A stretch of DNA of 64,000 nucleotides, taken from Candidatus Dormiibacterota bacterium. Lineage in GTDB: Bacteria; Chloroflexota; Dormibacteria; Aeolococcales; Aeolococcaceae. The notes beneath the pieces are model-generated. The model saw only the letters and a program-made list of their open reading frames with translations. It ran no database searches and was not told the DNA's origin. Location of the stretch: NCBI GenBank assembly GCA_963808125.1, contig CAWEEP010000011.1, forward strand, positions 11,246 to 75,245, read 5' to 3'. This document shows, one piece after another, positions 31,000 to 39,555 of the stretch (position 1 is its first letter; every line of letters begins with the position of its first letter). The translations under genes were made by a program, and so were the position numbers.

Positions 31000-33104
31000 G
31001 GGACCGCCGTCCCGGCGCCGGTCTCCAATTGGACCTCGTCCGCGCCGGGGGCGGAGACCGGCGCGGGTGTCCCGCCGGTGAGGCGCTTCCACGCCGCCAG
31101 CGGCATCAGCACCCCCACCAGCCAGAGGGCGCAGGTCGCGTAGCGCGACGCCAGGCGGCGCGGCTCCTGGAGCAGGCGGTAGAGCCACTCCAGACCGCCG
31201 CGGCGCGCCCATCCCGGCGCCCGGTTCAACCGGCCGGCGATGAGGTCGAAGCTGCCGCCCACGCCGATGGCCACGGAGACGGGTAGCCGGTGGCGATTCG
31301 CCGCGATCCACAGATCCTGCTTGGGGTGCCCGAAGCCGACGAGGAGGATGTCCGCCCCGGCTTCGCGGATCCGGGCGACGATCTCGTCGTCGGGCATCTG
31401 GCTCAGGCTCGCCAGTGGGGGTTCCAGCGTGCCGGTGACGCGGAGTCGGGGATGGCGGCGGCTCAGCTCCGCGGCAGCCGCAAGGGTCACGCCGTCACGC
31501 CCACCGAGGAGGAAGAGGCGGGCGCCGCTCCACTCCGCATGGGCGGCGATGGAGGGGACGAGGTCCGAGCCGGTTACACGCTCGGGGAGGCGGTGACCGA
31601 GGAGACGTGACAGCCAGAGGACTGGTGCGCCATCGGCGACGTTGAGCTCCGCCCCGGACAGGATCCGGGCCACCTCCGGCCGGCGCCAGGCTGTGACCAG
31701 GAACTGGAGGTTGACCGTGCACACCTGGCAGAACGCGCCTGATCCCACCGCCGCCAGCACCCGGTCGACGGCCTCCTCGTGGCCGACGGCATCGACCGGA
31801 ACGCCCAGGACGTCCACCCGCCCACGCACCGGCCGGCGGGCGCGCGAGCGTGCTGTGGCGGCTGATGGCTGCGCGGTCGCCTGCCCGGCCCGGCGGCGGG
31901 CTTCCTCAGGGCGCTCGGTCCGCTCCCACCGGTCGGCGCCGGAGCCGCCGAGCATGCGCCGGTAGGTGCCGAGCTTGGCGATGAGGAAGCGGGGAGACGA
32001 GAGGAGGGCTCGGTACGCGGAGGACGGAGCCCGCGCCGCTCGAAGGCCGATGACGACGTAGGCGACGACCAGCACGGCGGCCGCCACCCAGGGGATGGCC
32101 GACCAAAGGGCGACGGCTCCGGTCAGCCCGGCGGCGATGCTGACACCGCCGCCGAGCACGATGACCATGGCCATGAGGCCGAGCGGTGGGACGGCGAGGT
32201 CGAGCATGGCGTCCAGGAGGGACCACCGCCCGTGCAGGAACACTGCCGCGAGCAGGCGCGGCATACGAGTTCGCAGCACGTGGACGCGGCCGCCCTCCCA
32301 GCGCATCCGCTGCGTGGCACCGGCGCTGCCGAGGGCGGACGCGGGGCCGCTGACCAGGGCTTCGGGGGCGAAGGTGGGACGCACTCCGGCAAGGCGCAGG
32401 TCGACGGAGTACTCCAGGTCCTCGGCGCCGGTGAAGGCATTCCAGGGAAGGCGCCGGAGCAATGAGCTGCGGAACAGCATCCCGTTGCCGACCAGGTTGC
32501 AGGGCATCCCCAACGCATCTCGCCCGGCAAAGCGGACGCGGTGGAAGAGCAGGAAGGCCGCCTGCCGCAGCGCGGTCCCGCGGTTGGTGCCGTCATCGAG
32601 GACCAGGTACTCGCCCTGGACGGCCTCGGCGCCGCGCGCCATGGCGGCCTCCAGTCCGGCGATCAGCCCCGGGGCGGCCACGGAGTTGGCGTCGACGACG
32701 ACGACGCCGTCGACAGGTTGGGGCTCGGCGAGAAGGCGGTCCATCGCCCACCTGAGAGCGCGTCCCTTGCCGGGCAGATCCGGCTCGTCACGGATCAGCA
32801 CCTCCGCCCCCTCGCTCCGAGCGACGAGAGCCGTGTCGTCGGCGCAGTTGTCGGCCACAACCACGACGCGGTACAGGCCGCGGGGGTAGCTCTGTGTCCG
32901 CAGCGAGGCGAGACAGCGGGGAAGCAGCTCCGCCTCGTCGTGCGCCGGGATGAGGACGGCGAGCCGGCTGGCGCCCTCGGGGTCGGCGCGGAGCCCGCGA
33001 CGGCGCAGCGCGGCGGCGGCCACGCCGAACAGATAGAGGGCGGCAAGGGCTAGTCCAGCGCCCCCCACCGCCAGCAGCAGCGATGCCACCGCCCGGACGT
33101 TCAC
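30996..33104 (-). CDS. Fusion of a membrane GT2 and a WecB/TagA/CpsF (GT26) glycosyltransferase
   Basis: N-terminal half: 'VLIPAHDE', 'VADNCADDT', 'GKGRAL', 'EDLEY', 'QRMRW', TMs. C-terminal half: 'TVNLQF', 'ADGAPV', 'RVTGSDL', 'VGFGHPKQDLW', 'GVGGSFD', 'GLEWLYRLLQEPRRL'. Confidence 0.88.
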   Translation of the reverse strand: MNVRAVASLLLAVGGAGLALAALYLFGVAAAALRRRGLRADPEGASRLAVLIPAHDEAELLPRCLASLRTQSYPRGLYRVVVVADNCADDTALVARSEGAEVLIRDEPDLPGKGRALRWAMDRLLAEPQPVDGVVVVDANSVAAPGLIAGLEAAMARGAEAVQGEYLVLDDGTNRGTALRQAAFLLFHRVRFAGRDALGMPCNLVGNGMLFRSSLLRRLPWNAFTGAEDLEYSVDLRLAGVRPTFAPEALVSGPASALGSAGATQRMRWEGGRVHVLRTRMPRLLAAVFLHGRWSLLDAMLDLAVPPLGLMAMVIVLGGGVSIAAGLTGAVALWSAIPWVAAAVLVVAYVVIGLRAARAPSSAYRALLSSPRFLIAKLGTYRRMLGGSGADRWERTERPEEARRRAGQATAQPSAATARSRARRPVRGRVDVLGVPVDAVGHEEAVDRVLAAVGSGAFCQVCTVNLQFLVTAWRRPEVARILSGAELNVADGAPVLWLSRLLGHRLPERVTGSDLVPSIAAHAEWSGARLFLLGGRDGVTLAAAAELSRRHPRLRVTGTLEPPLASLSQMPDDEIVARIREAGADILLVGFGHPKQDLWIAANRHRLPVSVAIGVGGSFDLIAGRLNRAPGWARRGGLEWLYRLLQEPRRLASRYATCALWLVGVLMPLAAWKRLTGGTPAPVSAPGADEVQLETGAGTAVP

Positions 33105-33329
33105 GCGAAGGTCTCCCGGAGACTTCCCCGCGCCGAGCCTATGGGGAGATGCCGATTCGGGGAATGGGCCATCGTGCGGACCCGGGTCAGAGAACCCCAG
33201 GGGCTCCCGGCGTGTCCTCCACCGTGCGGGACTTCCGCCCAGGTGCGGGCCACCGCCCCCCGGACCGTGAACGGCCGGGGGGCGGGTCGGCGGGCGCACC
33301 GGCCGAGCCGAGCCCGATGTGGAGGCTGA

Positions 33330-35322
33330 CTAGGAGGCGGTCACCGTGACGTTGCCGAACTCGACGGGCGCGTTGGCGTCGAAGCCGATGGCACCGTGGC
33401 AGAAGGCCGAATCCGAGACTGTCATGAGGGTCTGGCCGTCGAGCTGCACGGTGAAGGTCGAGCCGAAGGCCGCGATGCTGAGCTGGTACCAGGAGCTCGT
33501 GTAGGCAAGGCTGACCCGGGCCAGGTCAACGGAGGACCCTCCTGCCACGCGGAGGAGGACGATCGACCCGCCGCCTTCAAAGCACACGGCGTCGTGGTCG
33601 GCGGCGTCGACGTAACGGACGTCGATACAGTCCTGCTCGCTCTGCCAGGCACTGGGCTGGACGGCGACGCTTGACGTGTAGTTGGTCCACGCCGTGCTAC
33701 CCGCTGACGTGGTGGACGTCCAGCCGTCGTGCGCGTAGACGTTGCCGTAGCTCGAATCCGACGCGGCCACGGAGAAACCCGCGTTCGCGCCGGTGACGCT
33801 CCAACCCGCGGGGACGGTGCCCGTGGCGTCGGAGGTGAAGCTGTCGCGGTAGAGAAGCCCACCGGTGACTGCCGCCGTCTTGGCCGCGTCCTTCGACGCC
33901 CACTTTGTGCTGGTCTCACGCTTGGGCGCGGACGTCGGTGTGGGGGTTGCCGTCACTGTCGGCTTCGGTGTCGCCGTCGGCGTCGGGGTGGTCGTCGGCG
34001 TCGGAGTGGGGGTTGCCGTCACTGTCGGCTTCGGTGTCGCCGTCGGCGTCGGGGTGGGCGTCGGCGTCGGAGTGGGGGTTGCCGTCGGCGTGGGCGTCGC
34101 CACCGCCGTGCCGCTGGGCAGGGGGCTTGAGCCGAGGCTCAGCAGGTGCTGCTGATACGAGGTGCCCTCCCCCGCATTGGGAGTGCCACTCCAGTCGGTG
34201 ATGAGCACGTCGTCGGTGTAGCCCCAGGGATTCCAGGTCCACGCCAGGTAGCTCCAGCCGTGGCTGTCCGCGTAAGGCAGGAAGGTCGGCAGGAAGCTCA
34301 CCGGAGCGCTGGTGCAGTCCCCGATCTCACCGACCAGGAACGGGTACGAGGCCGAGATCGGCGCCTGCTGCGAGTCCCAACAGGACGTGGTGTCACAGCT
34401 CTCCCCGGGGTAGTCGTGCGCCCCGGCGATGAGCTGGCCGTTCGGGTCGGTGGGCGCGTTGGCCAGCCATCCCGAAGTCGTCGTTGGCCCAATCCAGGCC
34501 GTTGACAAGAATGGGTTGCGTCGCCCCCGCCGCACGGATGGCGTCGATCAGCGTCTGCATGCCGGCGGTGTTCCAGGTATACGTCGTCGTGTACCCGGTG
34601 GTGGTGCCGTCTGGGCCGATCTGGCCGGCGGAGATGAACTGGTTGAGCGAGCAGCCGTCCAGCCAGCACTGCCAGGGATCCTGCGAGGGGTTGGTGAAGT
34701 AGTTGCCATAGAAGAACGGCTCATTGAAGAGATCGAAGATCGTCGCCGGGTCGCCGGCGAAGTAGGTCGCCACGGACTGCCAGAAGGCGATCGAGTGGTC
34801 CGCATCGGCCATGGGCTGTTGGGCCACGGCGGCGTAGGCGCCGGGGGAGGTCCAATGCAGGTCGAGGATGGCGATCATGCCCGCCTGGTTGATGAGGCTG
34901 ACCTCGGTCGCGATGGCCTCCTGGTAGTTCGCTCCGGCGTACGCCGGGTTGACCCCGTTGATGCCCAGCCAGCAGTCCTCGTTCAGCGGGACGCGGACGA
35001 CGTCGATGTCCCAGGCGGCCATCGCCTGGTAGGTGCTGAGCTGGTCGAGGGGCTGCCCGCCGTAGATGCTCCAGCCGCGCTCGGTGGGGCCACCGCCCTG
35101 GTCGCATGCGAACTCGGTCCCCGAGAGATCGGCGCCGTGGAGGGCGATGGTGGCGCCCGCGCCGTCGACGAGATGGTTGCCCACCACGTGGATCGCCAGC
35201 GGCGCCGCGGTCAGGCGCACGCCGGCGGTCTGAACGAGAAGGACCGCGGCGAGACCGACGACGGCAGTGCCGACCAGGCGCTTCCAGACACTGCGGCGGA
35301 GCGATGGTAGAACCGGGGCCAT
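33330..35322 (-). CDS. Secreted GH5 (cellulase-family) glycoside hydrolase + Thr/Pro linker + ConA/DUF1080-like domain; frameshift ~34475
   Basis: Signal peptide; '[11 protein letters not shown]', 'ILDLHW', acid/base 'LFNEP', nucleophile 'LVGEIG', 'YLAWTWN'; PT linker; C-terminal beta-sandwich. Confidence 0.85.
33941..34100 (-). repeat. Thr-Pro linker with a 66-bp direct repeat ([14 protein letters not shown] x2)
   Basis: A ~50-bp block starting at 33941 recurs at 34007. Confidence 0.8.
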
Positions 35323-35580
35323 TGGGGGGTCTCCTGATCCGAGACTTCACGGCCGCGGTGATCCCCCTCACCGCGAGGCGCGCTCGATCAGGGTCGGCCG
35401 GGCGCGGGATTGAGATCGCTTCTGTCCCGCGGCTTGTGCCCGGAGCGTTACGGAAACCTCAGAGCCAGAGCGTCCTGGAGCAACGTGCCCGTCACCGCCT
35501 CGCGACGGTCGGAGCGACGCGCTCGGGGGGTTTTTCGCCACCCCGCGCCGGCCCGGAGCCCGGCAGGATGGGGGCCCCGG

Positions 35581-38184
35581 TCAGCCCAGGTTGAGGTAGA
35601 AGATCAGCGTGCCCCCCGCGGTGGTGGGCAGGACGTACCCCGCGCTCTGCACCGTCACCGACTGCGCCAGGGCCAGGCGCAGAGCGGTCTGGTTTCCGCT
35701 GGCGGTGACCCCGACCCCGGTGACCACGCCGCTGCCGGTGATGGTCCCCGAGGAGCTGGAGAGAATGACGCCGGTCAGCGTGACCACCATGGTCTGGGCG
35801 GTCGGGGCGCTGATGACCACCGTCGGTTCACCGGTGCCGCCCTGAACGCCGGGGTTCAGGTTGAGGACGACGCTCAGGTAGGTGGCGTGCTGGCCGTAGT
35901 CGATGCCGCTGAGCTGCCAGCCGGCTCCGCCGTTGCCGATGGTCAGAGGTGCCGGCGGGAGGTACCCGACCGGTGCGCTGGACGGCGCCGCCGTCGGAGC
36001 CACCGTCGCCGAGGGTGTCGGGGAGCCCGGCCGCGGCGTCGTCAGCAGGCTGGGCAGCGTCGTCGGCGGCGTCCGCGTCACCGGCGTCGATGCCGGCTTC
36101 GAGGAGAGCGGGACCAAGATGGCGAGGAGGAGAACCAGCACCGCCATGGAGCCGGCGAGGACCCACCACCGGCCCGCGCGAGCGAACGCCCGGCGCGCCT
36201 GCACGCGGGCGGCACCCAGCCGCTTGCCGACCTCCGGCAGGGTGCCGGTGAAGGCCCCGGCGCGGCCCTGGCGGGCCAGGCTGCGCATGTGCCGGCCCAG
36301 GTGGGCACGCGAGCCGGCCGGATCGACGACCAGAGCTGAGGCGACGAAACCATCCTCCGGGCCGATGATCTCCTCCGCCGTGGTGGGCACATACGGCCGC
36401 GACTCGGCCGGGACCGATCTCTCGCCGTCGGCGGTGGGAAGGTTCCACGAGTGTGCGGTTGCCGCGATGGGCCCGGCCGATTCGACGCTCCGTGGCAACT
36501 CGGCGGACTCGTGAGACCAGCCATCCCGCCGCTCCGGCGGCTGCCTCCGAGTCGCCGGACCGCTCACGAACCCCTCGTCAGCGGCGTCACTGGGTGTGCG
36601 CATCAGCGCCAGGCGCAGGGCCACCTTATCCCGGAGCCAGGACACCGGGGAGGGTGGAGACAGGCGGGCACGGTGTGGCGCGCGAGCCACGAGCGGGTCG
36701 CCCGGGGGATCGGCGCCGGCGTCGGCGACCCCGGCGATATCAGAAGCGGCGGCCAGGGCGGCCCAGCCGGCGGCGCGGCCGGAACGCTGCCCGGCCCAGG
36801 TGGACTCGAAGGGAGGAGGTGCCGGCGGGAGGTGCCTGGGCGCGCCGTCGTCGGAGGGGTCGGGTTCGGACGCCGTCGCATCCGCGCTGTCACCACGCGG
36901 CGCCCAGGACCAGAGATCCTCATCGGGGTCGGCCCGGTCGCCGCCGCCGCCCTCGGCATCCCTCGGTTGCCCATCGGGCAGGCGAGGCGACAGCGTCCAC
37001 ACGAAGGGGGGGCTCGGGCCGGGCGCCTCGTCGTCCGGCGAACCGGCGCGAGGCGCCGCCTCATCCGGCGGGCTCGCCTGGGGCGGGTCCCACCCTGGCG
37101 GACCGGCGTAGGGCGCCGCCTCCTCCGGCGGGTCCGCCTGCGGCAGATCCCACCCTGGCGGACCGGTGTGGGGCGCCGCCTCCTCCGGCGGGTCCGCCTG
37201 CGACAGGTCCCACTCCAGAGGGTCGTCCGACGGGTCGGCCTGCGGTGCGTCAAACGTCCGCGAACCCTCGCCGGGCGGTGGTGCCCCGCCGGCCGGAGGG
37301 CCGAGGGGAGGCGCGGTGGCGTCGTAGGACGCGTGGCCGAGGAGACCCGCCCAGGCCGCCGACGGCGGGGCTTCCGGCACCGCGGCGGCCGGTGGGGGCA
37401 CGGACGAGGGCGGGCTCCACCCGGACAGAGGCGTGGCGGACAGGTCCACGGCGTCGTCGACGGGCGGTTCCGGAGGATCGAGCACCGCCGCCCAATCCCG
37501 AAGGTCCTCGTCCTCGTCGACGGTGGGGCCGCCCTCGGTATCGGCGTCCATTGCAGACGCCTGAAGGAAGACGCTGCTCGGGGCCGGTTCCAGCGCAGGC
37601 GGTTGGGCCGGCGGGCTCGGCGCGATCGGCTCAGGGTGCGCGACCGCCGGCGACAGGGCGTCCGCGGTGGCGGCGATGGGGATGCGAGGCACTCCCGCGG
37701 CGAGGGTGGAGCGCCCGTTCAAGTTCAGCTCCTCTTCGTCCTGGGGCGGACGGGCCCGGGAGGAGACCCCTCGGAACAGCTCGTGGACGGGCAGCTCTGT
37801 CGTGAACGGGAGCGAGGGTTGGTTGTCGTCCGGGTCGCCCCCTTCGTCATCGCGCTTCGGCGCCCACGGCAGGGATGTCCCCGTCGCACGGCCCGCCAGC
37901 CATGGGGGCGTTCCCGAGGTGACCGCGACGGGAGTGCGCGGCCGGCGTGGCGACAGCGTGTCCTCGGGTCCGATGAGTTCGAGCTGCGCCATGAAGCCGT
38001 GGATGGCCTCGTCCGGCACTCGCACGCGGGCCAGGCTCCCGATGCGCTCGGCCTCCTCCTGCAGGTAGCTGAGCGCATTGCGGCAGCGGTCACAGCCGAC
38101 CAGATGTCCATCGACCTCGCCACGCCGTGCGGCATCCAGCTCGCCGTCGAGGTAACCGCTCAGGGTGAGCAGGCTGCATCTCAT
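35581..38184 (-). CDS. 867-aa ZAS (zf-HC2) anti-sigma factor with long Pro/acidic disordered region, one TM and an extracytoplasmic AMIN-like domain
   Basis: N-terminal 'LSGYLDGEL...HLVGCDRC' (HxxxCxxC); TM 'WWVLAGSMAVLVLLLAILVPL'; the ATG overlaps the sigma stop (ATGA). Confidence 0.8.
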   Translation of the reverse strand: MRCSLLTLSGYLDGELDAARRGEVDGHLVGCDRCRNALSYLQEEAERIGSLARVRVPDEAIHGFMAQLELIGPEDTLSPRRPRTPVAVTSGTPPWLAGRATGTSLPWAPKRDDEGGDPDDNQPSLPFTTELPVHELFRGVSSRARPPQDEEELNLNGRSTLAAGVPRIPIAATADALSPAVAHPEPIAPSPPAQPPALEPAPSSVFLQASAMDADTEGGPTVDEDEDLRDWAAVLDPPEPPVDDAVDLSATPLSGWSPPSSVPPPAAAVPEAPPSAAWAGLLGHASYDATAPPLGPPAGGAPPPGEGSRTFDAPQADPSDDPLEWDLSQADPPEEAAPHTGPPGWDLPQADPPEEAAPYAGPPGWDPPQASPPDEAAPRAGSPDDEAPGPSPPFVWTLSPRLPDGQPRDAEGGGGDRADPDEDLWSWAPRGDSADATASEPDPSDDGAPRHLPPAPPPFESTWAGQRSGRAAGWAALAAASDIAGVADAGADPPGDPLVARAPHRARLSPPSPVSWLRDKVALRLALMRTPSDAADEGFVSGPATRRQPPERRDGWSHESAELPRSVESAGPIAATAHSWNLPTADGERSVPAESRPYVPTTAEEIIGPEDGFVASALVVDPAGSRAHLGRHMRSLARQGRAGAFTGTLPEVGKRLGAARVQARRAFARAGRWWVLAGSMAVLVLLLAILVPLSSKPASTPVTRTPPTTLPSLLTTPRPGSPTPSATVAPTAAPSSAPVGYLPPAPLTIGNGGAGWQLSGIDYGQHATYLSVVLNLNPGVQGGTGEPTVVISAPTAQTMVVTLTGVILSSSSGTITGSGVVTGVGVTASGNQTALRLALAQSVTVQSAGYVLPTTAGGTLIFYLNLG
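37033..37212 (-). repeat. 3 x 60-bp tandem repeat (WDLxQADPPEEAAPxxGPPG)
   Basis: Units at 37153-37212, 37093-37152 and 37033-37092 (third more diverged). Confidence 0.9.
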
Positions 38185-38705
38185 ATGACGAGCTCGCGGT
38201 AGATCGAGCCGAACTCGCGTCGAGCAGCCGCCAGAAGGCGGCTGGCCGCCTCGGGCGAGCATTCGAGGGCGCGGGCGACCTCCGCGTAGCGGAGCTTGGC
38301 GAGGTCGCGGAGCAGCAGAGAGGCGCGGCGCTCGAAGGGAAGCGTCATCAATGCCCGCTTGACGGTGTTCATCCGGCTGGCGACCTCGCCGCCGTGGAAT
38401 TCGACTTCGAACGGGGTGCGGTTGCGACGCCAGAGTCGGGACGGACCGTGCGGACGTGGTGGATAGCGCTCACCCGTCCGGCAGGCCCGCGTCACCGCGC
38501 GGTACAGCGCCGCCCGGCCGTCGACGCGCACGCGCGCCGGAGGGTACTTGGCGGCGTGGAAGATGCCTGCGGCGGCCAGCTCGACGGCACTCTCGGCGTC
38601 GCCGACGAGATGAGCGGCGTACGTGACGAGATCATCAAGGTGCTCGGAGACGAGCTCCGTGAACTCGCCACTGGTGGCTGGGACGTGTGCTGCGGCGTTG
38701 ATCAT
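38181..38705 (-). CDS. ECF RNA polymerase sigma factor (divergent region 2)
   Basis: Region 4 'ALMTLPFERRASLLLRDLAKLRYAEVARALECS...RLLAAARREF'; region 2-like N-terminus; GGAG RBS; coupled to the ZAS anti-sigma. Confidence 0.78.
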   Translation of the reverse strand: MINAAAHVPATSGEFTELVSEHLDDLVTYAAHLVGDAESAVELAAAGIFHAAKYPPARVRVDGRAALYRAVTRACRTGERYPPRPHGPSRLWRRNRTPFEVEFHGGEVASRMNTVKRALMTLPFERRASLLLRDLAKLRYAEVARALECSPEAASRLLAAARREFGSIYRELVI

Positions 38706-38769
38706 GACTCCACCCGAGGGTGGCTGAGGGCGGCGGTAGCGAGCAGCATACTCGCTGCCGAGACCACGG

Positions 38770-39555
38770 TCAAGGTGCCGGGCGCCGATCTCCGTGAGTA
38801 TCGGTCGGCAGAGGCAACAACTGGCCGCCCCTGACCAGCCTTGGCGCCGACAGCCCGGTGGCGGCCCAGGCGGCAGCCGGCATGCCGATGTCGGCGATGG
38901 TGATCTCCCCTGCATGGGCACGTCCCGCTGGACTCCACAGGCCTCTCTTCATCGCCGTCAGGGTGCAGGTCCGGATCGCCCGGGCGGTGGGATGGCCGGC
39001 CGCGCCGGTGGAGGCGTCGAGCCCGCTGGGGATGTCCACGGCAAGGGTGCGGTCCGCGGGCAGCCGGGAGATGGCCTGGGCCTGGGGTGGGCGGGGTTCG
39101 CCGCGGACGCCGGTGCCGAGAACGGCGTCCAGCACGGCGGCCGCCCTGTCGATGGCAGCCATGGCGACTTCGCCATCCGGCACGGCCGCGACGGTGACCC
39201 CGGCGGCGCGGGCCGCGGCCAGCTGCCCCGAGACCAGCGAGCCGAGCCGCTCCGGCTCGGCGACGAGGGCGACCTCGACGGGGAAGCCCCAGCTGCGCAG
39301 ATGGCGGGCCGCCACCAGTCCGTCCCCTCCGTTATTGCCATGACCGGCCACAACGAGGAGAGGCGTGGGCCCGCCCTCGAAGAGGGCGAAGATCCAGCGC
39401 GCCACCTGCCAGCCGGCCACCTCCATGAGATGGACGACGTCCACGCCATGCCGCGCCGCCGCACGGTCGAGGCCGGCGGCCTGCTCGCCGGTGAGGTCGC
39501 CGTAGTCCGCCCGCCACACGACGCCGGGCGCGCGCCGCGGGGATCCGGGGCTCAT
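38770..39555 (-). CDS. nnrE: NAD(P)H-hydrate epimerase (YjeF N-terminal, stand-alone)
   Basis: 'LMEVAG', 'GHGNNGGDG', 'DAVLGTG', 'AVDIPSG', 'ADIGMP'. Confidence 0.88.
   Translation of the reverse strand: MSPGSPRRAPGVVWRADYGDLTGEQAAGLDRAAARHGVDVVHLMEVAGWQVARWIFALFEGGPTPLLVVAGHGNNGGDGLVAARHLRSWGFPVEVALVAEPERLGSLVSGQLAAARAAGVTVAAVPDGEVAMAAIDRAAAVLDAVLGTGVRGEPRPPQAQAISRLPADRTLAVDIPSGLDASTGAAGHPTARAIRTCTLTAMKRGLWSPAGRAHAGEITIADIGMPAAAWAATGLSAPRLVRGGQLLPLPTDTHGDRRPAP

Noticed and set aside
35505-35540. GAGCG/CGCTC hairpin followed by a T run, as a terminator
   Set aside because: The T tract is on the plus strand whereas both flanking genes are on the minus strand; the stem is short.
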